Positions 14,071 through 27,900 of a stretch of DNA of 64,000 nucleotides are shown here, in pieces. Each line of letters begins with the position of its first letter. Within the stretch, counting starts at the first letter, position 1. Source of the DNA: Lama guanicoe (Eukaryota); NCBI GenBank assembly GCA_013239625.1, contig MU053352.1, forward strand, positions 691,079-755,078. Direction: 5' to 3'. The notes under the pieces were generated by a model. That model ran no database searches. It saw only the letters and a program-made list of their open reading frames with translations, and was not told where the DNA came from. Made by a program: the position numbers and the translations under genes.

Positions 14071-17000
14071 TTAGGGGCTGGGAGATAGGCTGTCAGGGGT
14101 GGGGGCCTTCCGATTGGGTCCCCAGGAGCCACCACCTCCGGGGTCTACAGTCTCTAAGCGCAAGGCAGGCAGCAAGCCCAGGTTTCGAGGTACAGATGGC
14201 GGGAAGGCCCAGGGGCCAGGCAGCCCAGGGGGCCCCTCCTCACTGCTGCCCCGGCTACCACCATCACTGCCCCTATCTGGAGCCACCCTGGGCAGGCGGT
14301 GGCTCTGGGGCGAGGGGCTTCGGCTGGTGCCTCTGCGCTCGCGGGATGAGGGCCGCAGGGCGAGTCCAGGGAAGCGAGCCAGGCCAGGGCTGCGGCTACG
14401 GTGCCGCTTGGACTTGCCAGGGCTAGGGCTGCGGGACTTGGGGGCAAGTAGCTCCAGGGTGCTGTCATCCTCATCCTCCGAACTGGCACCTGAGCTGTCT
14501 GTGCTGCTGCTGGCTGGCTCCGAAGTAGGCAGCGAGATCTAGGGGGACCACCCCAGGCTGGTCACTGGGGTGCCTCTCTCCCCAACCAGCCTTGAGGCCT
14601 CTGGGAACCACTCCCTCCTTCCCCCTTGGCAGACCCAGGAAGGTCAGAGCGCAGAATGTAGAGGCTGTGGCATTTGAATAGAGTCTTTTGGCACCCCCAA
14701 CCCTGCAGCCTGGCCTTCTCACCTGGAAGGGCTCAGTGACGCCAATGAGGATGCTGTGGGTGTGGCTATAATAGCCCAGGATGAAGTCACCGTGGCCCTT
14801 GGGCAGCGACTCTTCACTGAATGTCACCTAGTGGGTCCAGGGGGTTAGGCCCAGGTTGGGGTGAAGAAGGCAGCCTCAGGACCCCTCAAGCTGGGACCTG
14901 AGCCCCCAAGGGCAATGGGGACTTCCTCCCACTCTCCCCACTCCACCCCCTTAAGTACCTGGTAGGTGTTTCCATCCACGTCCTCATGTTTGGTCCACAC
15001 ATAAGCCACGTAGTCCTTGCAGTGGCGGAAACCCACCTGGGGCGAGAGGAATCAAGGTCATGACCCCTAACACCTGACCCCAGCAGCCTCCCAGTGTGGC
15101 ATCAAACCCTGGAGAAACCAGTGATCCCACGTGGGGGTCTGGTCGTCCATTCAGGCCCTTCCTTTCCAAGTCGCTGACAGCCCCACCCCACGTGCCCTTC
15201 TTACCCGGTACAAGCCGATCCAGTCCCAAGAGCTGCGAGCGAACACCGTTTCTATGCGGTACCTCGCCACAGCCTGCTCCGGCCGCACCCACTCGTCTGC
15301 CACCTCCAGCCGCACCAGTGGCATGTCATCCCTGAAGGCAAACTGCCCAGGGGCAGGGGACAATATCAGGGGAGACCCTCTAGTATTCCATGCACCTAGA
15401 GCTCTTGGGCCTGGGTCAGCACAAATCAGCTGAGATGAAGGGTCTTTGAAGCCACTGCACAGACCAGGAAACAGGAAGAACAGGTCTAGGATAAATGTCA
15501 GGCTTCCTGCCTCCCAGCTCAGGGCTCTTTCCGCCCTTAGCCTCCTTAGGGAGTGAGTGAGAACCCAGCTTTGAAGCTCAGTAGACCATGGGTTTAGCCC
15601 TGGCTCTGCCATTGACAGGCAGTGTGACCCTGTGTGAGTTTCTTGACCTCTCTGAACACCAGGGCTCCTGTCTGTAAACTCTGATGATCTTATTTAACTC
15701 TTGGGGTTGTTCTACAGATTCAGTGAGACACCATATAAAGCATCCCATAAATGTCCCAGTATATAGTAGGTACTTAATGAATGATTTGCCTATATGCCAG
15801 CGAAGGAGACAGGTAAAGTCCCATGAAGCACTAGATATTCTGGGCTAAACTGAATACCCCTGAGCAGGCAAGAAGAGACCTGGATAGATGGCTGGAGAGC
15901 TTCCAGGCTCTGCTACTAACTTCTTTCATGACCTCAGATAAGCCCCTAGCCACCCTAAGTAAGACTCAGTTTCCCCACCTATACTGAGAGACCACTATTA
16001 ACCTTGTTTGTTCTCAGTCCATGAAGACAAATTATAACCATAAATATCCTCCTACAGGGTCACCCCAGGCTGATCAGGGGTCACCATGTGGGTGGGGTTG
16101 CTAGAGTGGCAGGTGGCCACTTCTGTCCCTGAGGGGAGGACTCAGATAGTGCCAGCCTCAGGCTTTTATCTGTTTCCCTGTTTATCTGGTTTCAAGTTTC
16201 CCTCTCTCCTTGGCTTCTAAGCCAAGCTACTCCAGAAGGAACTAGCAAATGCTCTCCTTGCCCCTGGGTTTGTGACTGCAGGTCTGGTCAGAGTGGGCTC
16301 TTGGAAATATCCTCATGGCCTCATGGACTCAAAACCTCTGCTAAACACTGTTCTGTGTTGCTCTGGGTAACAGATTTAAGTTCTCTGAGCCTCCGTTTCC
16401 CTTATCAGGAAACTGGGAGAATTTGGACATCTCAGGGTCTACCAAGGCATTCAGAGGGATGGCATATGCGAAGCACCCCATACCGGACCTGACTGTACTC
16501 AACAAGTAACATTTTACAAGGGATAGAGTCCTAGACAAGGAGGGAAGGACAGGTGCCCAAAAGGAGTGATTCTAAAGGTGAGGTTCCTAGCTGGGGGTTA
16601 AACCTCACACCTAAGGCTTTTACCAAAGGTCACAGGAGGCTAGACATGGGCAGATTTCCATTCCCAGCTGAGGATGTTGGCCACTGTCCCGCTGACTGAC
16701 CACGTGACAAAGTTAGCAGGGAAAACATTCTCTGACTAGCTGGGCTCCCTCTTATCAGATCAAGAGAACTGGAGAGCCCAGAGTTGGGTTTCAGGGCTGG
16801 AAAATGGGATCTACCCCAGTCTGCTGCTAAACTGGCATATGACTTGGGGAAAATGCCTACCCCACTAGGGGCCTCCATGTCCCCAGAAAAAAAAACAGGA
16901 TTGTTTGGACTATCTGGTCTCTCAGGTCCAGTTCTGACATTCTTGGATATCCCCTTTTTATTTTGGCAACTAGGGACCTCAATCCTAAACACAATGCTAA

Positions 17001-20000
17001 ATTTTATTGTAACTATTTAGAGCTTAGTTTTGTGGGGTTTTTTATATCTCTACTTCACCTCCCTACCACATATGGTAAGATGATAAATAAATAATAAATG
17101 AATATGAATGAATGCTACATAGTGTTTGAGGAACTATTTTGAGTTTGTTGGTCTTACTATATATGTGAATTTTTAAAATGTCTTGGTGAATTTTAGCATT
17201 TTTTGATGTGCATATGTGCATATATATTGACTGTTCTAAAGCTATACTAATGGCTTTTTTGTTCTGGACAACTTTAACTGATAAAGGTTAAAACAGATAC
17301 TAAAAAATGATAATAATGATTAAATCTCATATTTACATACATTTTTGTTGGTATGTAAAACACTCACAATATATATGTGAATTTTAACACAAGTTGCCCT
17401 AAGACTCTCAAAATGAGGGAGTTCAAGATGAATGGAAAAGGCATGGCCTCTGAAAAGGACTAGCCTGGGTTCAAATCCTAACTCTTCCCTTTACTAGCTG
17501 TGTGACCCTGGTAGAGTGATGCTGTGTCTCTGAGCCTCAGTTTCCTCATCTGAAAATGGAGATTATAACACCACTCCCAGTCTGCTATGACAAGTGGGTG
17601 CTGCTGAGGGCGGGTACAAGGGGTTACCGGTGGGCAGAGGGATGCTGAGCCAGGCTGGGGGATGTCACGAGGGGAGGATGAGGCCAGGACTCACGTGTAG
17701 GACGAACTGGGCAGTCACCGGCTTGTGGTCGCTGACTGTGTATTCCATATGGCTGCGGTAGCTGTGCTGGGTCACCTGGAGCCGGTGGCTCTCCCGTCCT
17801 GAGGGACTGGGACCTCCACCTGGAGCCTTGACCTTCCACAGGATACGGTCTGTCCAGGCAGGCTTCCGTTTCTTGGCACTATGGTGGGCAGGGGTAGCCT
17901 GAGTATCAGTGGCTGGGGATCAAGGCATAGCTCCCGAACTTGCCTCTTGCCCCTCTTTCCTGTCTCCTTCATCCCGAAGCCCATGCTCTCACCTCTCATC
18001 CCAGTGCTGAGCTCACCTGGTATCATATTTGTTAGTACCCACGTCAAACTTGAAGGTGGGTGCAAAGTTGAGCGGCCCCTCCTGGAAGCCTTTCAGGATG
18101 GGCCAAGTGTTCTTGGCCATGTTGAGCTGTGAGAGTCCAGAAGCGAAGAATTGGACAAGAGCTTGGGCAGGGTGGGTGAGGGCAAGGACTACAGCCTAGG
18201 GTGTGGGTAGTCTGGGGCATGCTCAGTGTGCTGGGCGGCTTGGGGTGCAGGCTGGGATTCCCCACCTGGTCTTTCTCCCAGAGCTGGTGGAGCTGCTCGC
18301 TGTCGATGGCAAACTTGACAAAGTGCAGATCGTAGCTCTCAATGCGGAAGTTCAGGTCCCCAAACCAGAAGACAAGGCTATTCAGGGGTGGGGGTCAGCA
18401 GGGTCCGTGGGGTGAAGAGACCAACCCGGATCCTTCTCTGCCCCCATCCAACCCTACGGCACTGGCTGCTTCTAGCGATCACGCAGTGGGTGGGTGGGTG
18501 GGTGGGTTGCGGCAGAGCCTCCAGCGCACCACAGAGCAGCAGCGAGGAAAGTTAAGTTCCGACCCCCAGCAAGGCCCAGCCCCTCAGCAAAGTTCAGGCT
18601 GCAGGCTCAGCCTCCCCATCAAACTTACCAGCACTCCAGAACTTAGATGCAGTTTGAGTGGTCTCCACCCCCATAAGCCCCGTCTCTCCCCACAAGGTTT
18701 ATCAGCTTTGACTCTGAGGCCCATCCCTCCTTCACCAGCCCCTCCCAACTCCATTTGGTCCCGCCCCGGGCCCATACTCGTGATCCAGGATGCCTTGAGC
18801 TCCAGGCCCCTGGAACTGCTGAAGGCTGAGGATGGTCTGGAAGTTGTCCTTGCGCTGCTCGGCTTTATCCATGTGGGCCGGCAGGTGGCAGTTCAGGAAG
18901 CACAGCATGTGCCCAAAGGCCGCCAGGCGCACACTCACTCCACCCTTGTTGCCCTTGGAAGACAGGGTTGGGCGGATCATGGGCGGGGCCTAGGTAAGGA
19001 GGTGTGGCATGGGCGGTGCTTTTGGTGGGCGCGGCCAGTGGGTGAGGCTCAGAGCTGGTGGAGGCTAGGAGAGGGGTGGGTTCTAGGAAAGGAGTGGAAC
19101 ACTAGGATGCAATGGGGACAAAAAAGGGCGGGGTCTAGAAAATGGGGCGATATGGGGTGGGGAGGGGTAAGGGTTGGAGCTTGGGGACGGGACATTGATA
19201 ACGCTGCGGGCCGGGGGACTAACCTACATACTCCTTAGGGCCCTCTCCCCTCTGGGCCGCTCCCATGCTCACCCAATAGCCACCCAGGCCAGTGCGTGTG
19301 CAATCGGTCTGCACGTTCCTCAGGAAGGGCAGGTGGTAGTACTTGGCGAACAGCAGCAGGATGACACCCTGCATGCGCACAGTACTCACCTGCAGCGGAG
19401 GCGCGAGGAGGCTGAAGGACAGGACACGACTCCCCCGTCCCGCCCTCGCCTTTTCCCGCCCCGCAAGGTCTGCTCCTCCATCCTCCCATTTCATGGACCC
19501 GTCAACAGAGGCCCAGTGGGCCCCACAGTGAATCAAGGCAGACCTGGGGCTGGGCATCCAGGAGGTATCTGCCTGCCTTGGGGGTGAGGGGGGCGTTACC
19601 AGCACGAAGTTGAAGGGTCCCAGTGCGTCCATGAAGAGCTCGCTCCACTGGTCCATGAAGAGCGCGTCCTTGAGCCGCTTGTTGATCATGGAGTTCACTT
19701 CCTGCAACCTGAGGGGGACGGTGAGGCAGCCTTCGGATTGGCGGGTGCCCTAAAAACCCCTCCCACCGGAAGGGCTCAGGAGGGGGTCTACTGGCCCTGC
19801 CCCCTCACCCTATGGCGATCATGTCTGCCCTGTCACTGCCATCACCGCTGCTGCCCAGGTGGAGGAGGGACGTGACATCGTCCGGGGGCATGGCCGTGCC
19901 CACATTCCACGTGACCACAGTGATCCTGGCGGTAGGAGTACAGGAGGGGTCACTACTGAGCCCCACTCCTTATCCTCCCCCCCACAGGGGCTCTTTCTAG

Positions 20001-23000
20001 GGAAAGAGCTGAGGCAAGTATGGTGTGAGCCCTCAGAAGGACCCCCAGTGGGCCCGGGATCTCTCCTACCAGACTTTCCCAGGGGGATCAAGTGAGGCAG
20101 GGTGGGGGGGCAAGTCCCTTAGAAGAGGATGCTGTCTTCTGAGGGTCCCAGAGTGGGCCTAGCACCCGCAAGTCCTCTTCCTCAGGGAGGTCAACTGGGG
20201 CAGAGTAGGGCAAGACACCCTAGAAGGATGGCTAGTCTCAGAGCTCAAGTCCCAGCAGCCTCTTAGGAGAGGGCCCCCTCACCAGAAGCCAGGGTCGCTC
20301 TTGCAGGTGGGCTGAGCTGACCAAGAGGAGGGTGACGAGGTCGATGTAGGAGAGGAGGTAGTGACTGGGGCTGGGGTCTCTTGGGGCTGAAGGCTGGGGC
20401 TCAGGTGCCCACCAGGCCCTGCAGTGCCAGGCCTGGGGAGGGCCATCTCAGGGGCTGGGGGGACACAAGGGGAGAGGTTGGGGGAGCGGCTGGGGGAGCG
20501 GCTGGGAGACCGGGGTGGCTTGGGCAGAGGTGGGGGCACAGTCTGGGCTAAGGAGGCCCCTGGCCTGAAGGTGGGGGACAGAAGTCCTGGGGAGCGAGTG
20601 CCAGGCTCTGAGGAACCCTGGCCCACATCCAGGGGCAGAGTCTGGGGTGGCCGAGGCAGGACTGGATCCTCAGGGCTGCTGCGGGAGGCCTCAGGCCTGG
20701 CTCTGAAGGAGGGGGAGATCCGAGGGCCTGGAGTGGTTTGGATCAAGGATGGGGAGCTCATAGGACCGGATGCCTGAGCCTGGGGCTGGAGATGCCCTTC
20801 AGAAGAGGGGAGAGGTCTAGAGGTCGGAGTATCCCTCTGTTTAGCTGGCGTCCATCCCACAGAGGCCGGGGCTGATGTCACGGATGCTGGAGCCAGGGCC
20901 TGTTCCTGAGAGGGCAACAGAACTGGACTGGGCACTGGAGCAGAGCTGGATAGGGGCTGTGGGGGCTGCTTGGGGGGCTGTGGGGGCTGCTTCTCAGACG
21001 TCAGGGCTAGGCTTAGGCCTGAAGCAGCCAATGCTGGCTTGAGTCCCACGGAGGCAGGTGGCACCTGCTTCTGGTCCCTGGACATTGTTGCCAGCCTGGG
21101 CCCCTGGGTAGGTGGAGGAGGCCTGGGCCTGGCCGAAGCGGACATCACCAGCTGGCCCAGGGATGTTGGAGCCAGGACGGAGCCTGACGTTGCTGGAGGA
21201 GGCTTCGGCCCAGATGAGGCAGACATTACCAACTGGCCCACAGATGTTGGAGCCAGGCTGGCATTACGGTGGGCAGGAGAAGTTTTCTGCCTTCCAGGGG
21301 TAGACACTGGAGCCAAGATGGGTCGAGGGGAGACCAGAGCCAGCCTTGGCCCCTCTGAGGAAGATGGCATAGCTGCTCGTGGCCCCACAGGTGTCAGAGC
21401 CAAGCTTGGTTCCAAGGGTACTGGGGCTGCATTCTCCTTCGCTGGGAGCTGAAAATGTGAGTCCATCTTGTATAGGATACATCAAAGACTCAGGGTCAGC
21501 CCTATCCTGGCCTCCAGTTCCATACAGACCCCAGCAGACTCCCTCTAGCTAAGAAAGGCACATCTTCCCAAGGAAGTTCTTCCTAATTTCTCAGCTCAAT
21601 CCATTCTGCTGTGAATCAGCTTCTCTTTTGGAGGAACAGGAACCAGAACCCTATCCCCGCCCTCATGTCTGACACCTCTTTCATAGGTAGGGAAACTAAG
21701 ACCCCTGACTCAAATGAGGCAGAGCGTGAGCCTGGACCTGAGCCTGGCTATCACCCACTCCTTGACCACACAGCCAGCTTTTCTGGGCAACTCCCCTGCA
21801 GTCCCTGCTGCTGCCCTGGCCAAGGGTTACTGATCTGACACCCTAGATCTGCCACTCTGGACACCCTGGGTCCAGCCTATTAAACACCACTTCCTTCCTC
21901 CACAGTCCCCAGGAACTCTCAGGTTCTCCCGGCTAAATATCCCAAACTCTTTGGTTACAGCCCTCTTTGTCCTCTTCACCATTCCCAGAGCTCCAGGCAA
22001 GAGTAAGACCCCAGAGCTGGGAATGGCCACACTGATTCCAAGCCCAGCTCCGTGTGACCTTAGGCAAGCACCTCCTTGCCCAGGGCCTCAGTTTCCCTGT
22101 CCATAAAATGCAGGAACCTAGTAAAGTGTCCCTGGCCACACCTGATCCTGGGAAGCCTCGGTCTCACATTCTCTGTGTTTATGAGCCCAACATTTGCTAG
22201 GATTCCGTATGAGTTCCATGGGATAGTCCATCCTCCAGAGTGTGACTCTAACATTCAGAGCAGGTCCAGGATTCTATTGATCCTGGCGTTGCACCTCTCT
22301 GTGCACAGGTTGTACCCTCTTACCCTGGTCACCCCATCAGTGAGGACAAGCAAGCAGGTATCATCTTTTTGTCCGGCAGGTGGAGTGGAGGGCGTGGAGC
22401 CCTGCAGGGACCCCCTCTCCCTTTCCCTTCTGTCCCCTGTTTCTGATGCCCCTGTCTCCAGAAATGAGGATACAGCGTCCTTTGGCAGGGAGGGCAGAAG
22501 AAGGTTTACACTCACCCTGGGGTGGCCCCATCCTTGCCTCCAGAGATGCAGTTCTGCCTGCATCCCATGTCCTTCTTGGTTCAGAGACTCTGAAACTGTG
22601 CCTCCACCTCTGTCCCCAAACTCAGCTCTTTGAAGCTTGCATTTTGGGCATCCTCCTTGGCTCCTAGTGTCCCACTCTGCACCCCCCCCCACCAACACCA
22701 CACCGCCTCCAGCACTAACAACTTAGACATCCCAGATGTCACAGTTTTAGTCTTCAGAAACAATCCTCCTCATTTTGCTTTGGCTCAGAGAGGACAAGCA
22801 ACTTGCCCAAGGTCACACAGCAAAGCTGGAGCACAGCTGGGTCCCCTGACACTCAGTCCAGGGTTCTCCGGGGGGTCCTGGGGATGGCTAACTCCATCTC
22901 TCTCTGGGTGTCCCATCACTACCCCCTTAGCCCCTAGGGCGCCATGTTTGCCCAGTCTCTGCTGGTGGGCAAAGGATAGTGCCAGCCCCTCAGCTGAGGG

Positions 23001-23182
23001 CACCAGGGTGCCTGCAGTGTTGAGGGGGTATGGGACCAAGGATCAGGAATAGGGGTGCTAGGCTTTAAGGGTCTTACCTTGGAGGGTGTACCAGTTTGGG
23101 AAAACCCATGGGGCATGGGCAGAGGGCCCAGGCCAGCCCGGGTCCCTGGCCTCCTGCTGCCATTGCCGCCCTGGCCCTCCAT
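14071..23182 (-). CDS. INPP5J: Proline-rich inositol polyphosphate 5-phosphatase J (PIPP), 13 coding exons, 1000 aa
   Basis: Exons (minus) 23078-23182, 20283-21466, 19809-19925, 19600-19708, 19273-19389, 18778-18953, 18266-18377, 18017-18126, 17695-17878, 15205-15342, 14959-15036, 14723-14827, 14071-14538; 3003 nt. Pro-rich N-terminus, 5-phosphatase motifs ITVVTWNVG, GNKGGV, FWFGDLNFR, KPAWTDRILW, SDHKPV; SKICH-type DWIGLY; Ser/Arg-rich tail. Confidence 0.97.
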
Positions 23183-24569
23183 GTCTGCAGCCCCAGCAGC
23201 CCGGGCTCCCTCGGGCTCTGGCTCCAGCTCCTCCGCTCCCGGGAACCAGTGATGTCATCAGCCGTTTCAACCTGCTGAGAATTTAAAGGCACAGGCACCC
23301 ACTTCCCAACCCAGAGGTGGCCAGGGCAAGGTGGCCTACCCTCTGGGGACTGGCTGCTGAGGCTGGAATGGCTATAGCAGGGGGAGGGAGGGGCAGGGAG
23401 GTGGGTCTATTGGCCTGGCACAGGTCCCAGCTGGCAGATAGAGGAGGCTGTCTGTCTGCCCCCACCCTCCTGCCCGTGGGCCTGGCCAGCCCTTGCTCAG
23501 GGAGGGGCACTGACACACCTGAGGGTAAGGTAGCTTGGAGGTCAGCCTCCTCTCCAGGGCCTCAGAGACACCTGAGTCCCTGCCCTGATCCTGTTACCTT
23601 CCTGACTCCCTGCCAATGCAGGCCTTGCCTTGGCCCCCACCCTTGCCCCATTTTCAGGCCTTGGTGCCCGCTCCCCCGCCTGGCTCTGTCCTTCCCATCC
23701 CAGGGCCAGACACTCAGGCTCCAGCAACTGGAGTCCCTTCCCATCTCAACCTCAGCCCAGGCTCTTCCTCTTCAGACAATTTGTGCCTGCCCTCCTATGT
23801 CCCCACAGCCAGACCCAGCATGGCCCAGCTCCTCTCAGCTCTCCTCCTCCAGGACTCACTGGGAGTGGCTTGGGAGAGGGATTTGCTCAAGGTCACCTGG
23901 TGAGCTGGGGAGGTCTCCTGAGTCTCAGTGAGGAAAGGGAGCTCCTTCAGTGACCCAAGACCCCCAGGAGCCAATCAGGCTGTCCTGGGGAAGGAAAGTA
24001 GGATGGAGAAAGGCCCAAAAGTGGGGGAACAGACTGGCAGGAGGGTCAAAAACAGGCCTGGGAACTTCTTTGGCCATGACCCAGCACAGGGCCTGGTCTC
24101 CAAAGGACCTAGGGAAGTGTTTGTTGAACAAATGAATGAATGAACCTATAGGAAGAATGAATGAGTGACAAGGTCCAGATTTGGCCAGAGATGGCTGGGG
24201 GCCCTCTGCTTCTGCCCTTTCCCCATTCTCACTCTTATCTGCTAAGCAGTCCCTGAAATCCTGATTCTTCCAGAATGGCTAGATTGCTTAGAGAAGAGTG
24301 ATCTCACTCAGTTTAGGCAGAAAATGTTCAGAGTTATGTGCCCAGGGCTCCCTGCTGGTCACCTCTGTATCCCTGTGGGTCTCTGTGGTCCCCTACATGA
24401 AAGTCATGTGGACAGATGCCTCATTCCCCTCTCCTGAATGGACTTCCCACTTCTGCTTGATTGTCTCCGGGTCTAGCCTGTGTTTCTGGGCCAGCATCTC
24501 TGTGAGGCTGGAAATTTCAGGCGCAGAGACCCAGGCTATATCAGGGCTCTGGGGTGGAAAGGATTTTTT

Positions 24570-24980
24570 GGGTGGTGATGCAGAGGTGATGACATTGGTG
24601 ATGGGGGAGGTAATGACAGTGGTCATTGTACTGATGGAGATGATAATGTACATAATTATGATGATGGAAATGGAGGACTGCCAGTGATGCTGTAGGCTGT
24701 GAGGTGATGGTGCTGACAAAGTAAAGGTGACAGTGATGGGATGGAGAATGGTGACAGAAGAGGTAGTGGAGGTAATGGTGATGGCAACAGTGGAGGTGAA
24801 AACAAAGGATGGTGATGGTGGAAGTGGCAGAATGAAGGGACGGTGGTAATGTGATGAGGCTGATAGTAAAAGTGGAGAAGAGATGGGGCAGAAGAGGCAG
24901 GAAGAAGAGGGGGTGGTGGAGTTGGAGGTGAAGATGGGGGTGGCAGGGAGGGAGGAGGTGAGAGTGGACATGGTGTTGGT
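24570..24980. repeat. Degenerate (GGT/GAT)n low-complexity tract
   Basis: ggtggtgatgcagaggtgatgacattggtgatg... with 3-nt periodicity. Confidence 0.75.
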
Positions 24981-27900
24981 GCTCAGGCTGCCAAAGAGGG
25001 AAAGAAGTTTTGAACTTACCCTGCCCAGCCCTCTGACTCCTCTTACAGATAAGAAAACAGGCCCCCAGGAATACTTGTCTTCTGTTGCAGTCATGGAGGT
25101 GGTGGAGGAAGATCCAGGTGCCTGGAACCAGTCCTAGGGCTCAGCTGTGGGGGCTGAGACAGGGGCATCAAGGCCCTTTGGAAACCAGGCAAATGTCATG
25201 CAAATAAGTGTGCTGAGGGCTCCTCTGCCCTGGCAGGACAGCCAAGATCTCCACATCTCCCCTTCCTGAGCTCAGATCCTGCAGGGGACTTTGTTTCTGG
25301 CTCTGCCACTGATTTACCTGGAGGTCAGTCAGATTCCTGGTCCGTGGAGGGAGATAAAAACAGTAGATCTCTCCTAAGGTTGCTGGGAGGATTCGACAAG
25401 ATAATACATATGAAGTGTTTAGGACACAGCCTGGCACAAGCAAGTTCTCAGTAAGGGCAGCTGCCCTGGAGTGACCACCACCACCACCACCACCATCATC
25501 TATTTCAGCCAGCCCATTTGGTGGATGCTGAAACTGAGGCCCAGCAGAGTCGCATTCCTGGCAGGAAGGAAAAGGGGCTCTGAGACCCAGACATGCCCTT
25601 ACCAGGGGAAGGGGGCGGGGGGCGGACCCCGGCTGAGAAGGAAACAGGGGAAGAGCTATATTTGAGCTCCTGGTGTGATGACTAAGGAAGCTGATAACAG
25701 ACTCTGGGGCTCAGGGCGGCAGGCTGGGGGCAGCTGCCAGGGAGAACCGCCCCCCTGGAGACGGCTGTCTCCGGAGACACCTCCTGGCTCCCTCGCTTCC
25801 CTCTCTCCTCGGGGTGGGGGCTGTACTGAGGCAGAGAGTACATCTTGTCCAGCCCCCTCCTGGAAACGCTTAGTGCTACCCCCCCAGGCTGTGTGGGTCA
25901 GGGATAGGAAAGGAGGTGGTTGATGGATTATCGCAATCACTCTCCATAGTAACCTAGTGAGATTGGTAATAAGATCCCCATTCGACAGAGGAAAAAACTG
26001 AGGCCTAGGGGTTACCCAGACAGTAGGGCTCAGAGCCTGGGGTTCCTGGGGAGATGGTGGATACAGAGGTTCCCGTTGAACCCATTCTTTGAAGGAGAGT
26101 CTGCATTGCCAAACCGAGAAGAGAAGAAATGCCCTGGGAAGCAGAGGGGGCAGCAGGTGCAAAGCTGTGGAGTGTGAAAGGGTCCGGCTGCCAAATAATG
26201 CAAAATCTGTACCCGTGGCCTCATGGCCCTTTTGCTCAGAGTAAATCCACCTTAAGCAGGGAAAGGAGAGATTTTCTTCCTCTTTCCTATTCCTCTTCCT
26301 TGACCCACCTCCCAGGGGCACCTGAGGATGGTAATGGTACATAAGATCTGTCCTCCATTTTTCTCCCTGGTCATCTGACCCAAGCTTACTGTGAGGGTGG
26401 CCACACTGTGGCCACTAGTTGAGAAATGTTTCGAGATGCAGAGGGCGCCACAGGGTATTGTGGGAAGGTGGAAGAGGTAAGTATCAGGGAGGGCTTCCTG
26501 GAGGAGAACTCATACAGGGCCTGGAGGAGCATTTCTCCTCCCCAGGCTTCACTTCAGGGCTCCTTATTGGTACCAAGTGCCACGTGTTGTATCACTGTCC
26601 CCTTGTTCTCATCCCCTGGGGCAGGCGTCATCCTCACCTCCCATTCTGCCCCTCAGGAATGGACTCAAGGAGGAGGAGTGACTTCCCCAAGGTCACACAG
26701 CTGGGGCAGAGCTCAAGCATCCCTCCTCCCTCTCCTTGGCTCCCCCTCCTCCCAGGCAGCCCAGCACCCGCTGTCAGCTGCTCTGAAGTGAGTGGCTATT
26801 TTTACTCTGGTGCGAGGGGATCTCGGGCAGCAGAGCCATGTAGGTTAGAAGGCTCTAGGACTACCGGCTTTAGCAGGCAAGGAGAGGTTCACTGCAGGGA
26901 CATAAGCTAGTCTGGGGGCTCTCCCTTCTCGTATGCTGACCTGCCCTTGGCTCCCATGCCCCAGAAATTTCTTTATTGGAGCTCAGAAGAGAGCACAGAA
27001 ATAGACTAAACCCTAGCCTTGATCCTAGATCCAACTTGAGCCCTGATCCCATGCTAAGGCTAAGCCTCCACCCCAGCTCAAGATTGGGCTCTGACTCTAG
27101 TCAAGTACTGAACCTGATCCAAGCCTGACCAAGCCTGATTCCAACTTGAGACCTCAATTCTTGACCCAGATTGGGCCCTGATCATAGTCACAGACTCAAC
27201 TCTAACCCTAGTTTGGACTAACCCTTGATTTTAGACTGAGCCTCAACCGCAGGTCTAGACTGAGGTCCAAGTCTGGTCATTAACTGAACCTGGTTCCAGA
27301 CTGAGCCCTGAGCCTAATCATCGACTGAACCCTGACCTCAAACTGAGCTCTGACCCTGGGTCACACAACTCTGGTTATACGCAAACCCCTGACCTCAGAC
27401 TGTGCAGTGAATCTGGTGAAAGGCTGAGCCCTGAGTGCAGTCACAGACTGAGCCTTGATCCTGGTCACCAATTGAGGCCCAAGCCCAATAACTGACTGAG
27501 ACCTGACTCCAGCCCCAGCACCAGTTCTAAACCTTGCCATAGGCTAGGGACTGACCCCAATCCAGTCTGAGCTTGGCCCTTCACAGACTAAGCCCCAAAT
27601 CCAGCCCCACATAAGTATGGCTGCCGGCCTAGATTACAAACTGCCACATAACGGCGTGGATTATGAGCAGAGATCTGTTCTGGGAGGTCCTGAGCCTCCC
27701 ATGGTCGCTGATGCCAAATTGTTCCTGGTACTGTTGTGGCCAATGTCTCTGCCATCAGTTTCACTAGCCGGCTTGTCAACCCTCAGCAGCCCAGACTGTG
27801 GCCCCTCTAGGCCACAGCGTCCAGGTTAATGCAATGAGAGTGCTTTGCTGGCGTCTGTCCAGTGAACAACATGGGCCTGTGGGGCGCTGAGGTTTGGTTC

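Noticed and set aside
18342..19238. 298-aa plus-strand ORF
   Set aside because: It is antisense to INPP5J exons with no recognisable protein features.
24298..25137. ORFs of 129, 233 and 84 aa
   Set aside because: These arise from a degenerate GGT/GAT trinucleotide tract that lacks stops; there is no domain or splice structure.
27000..27600. CRISPR-like array or other prokaryotic system
   Set aside because: This is mammalian DNA, and the repeats are degenerate with no constant repeat / unique spacer structure and no cas genes.
27588..27829. Short ORFs on both strands as a retrocopy or upstream INPP5J exon
   Set aside because: I recognise no homology and see no convincing splice sites or poly(A)/TSD; it would need BLAST.
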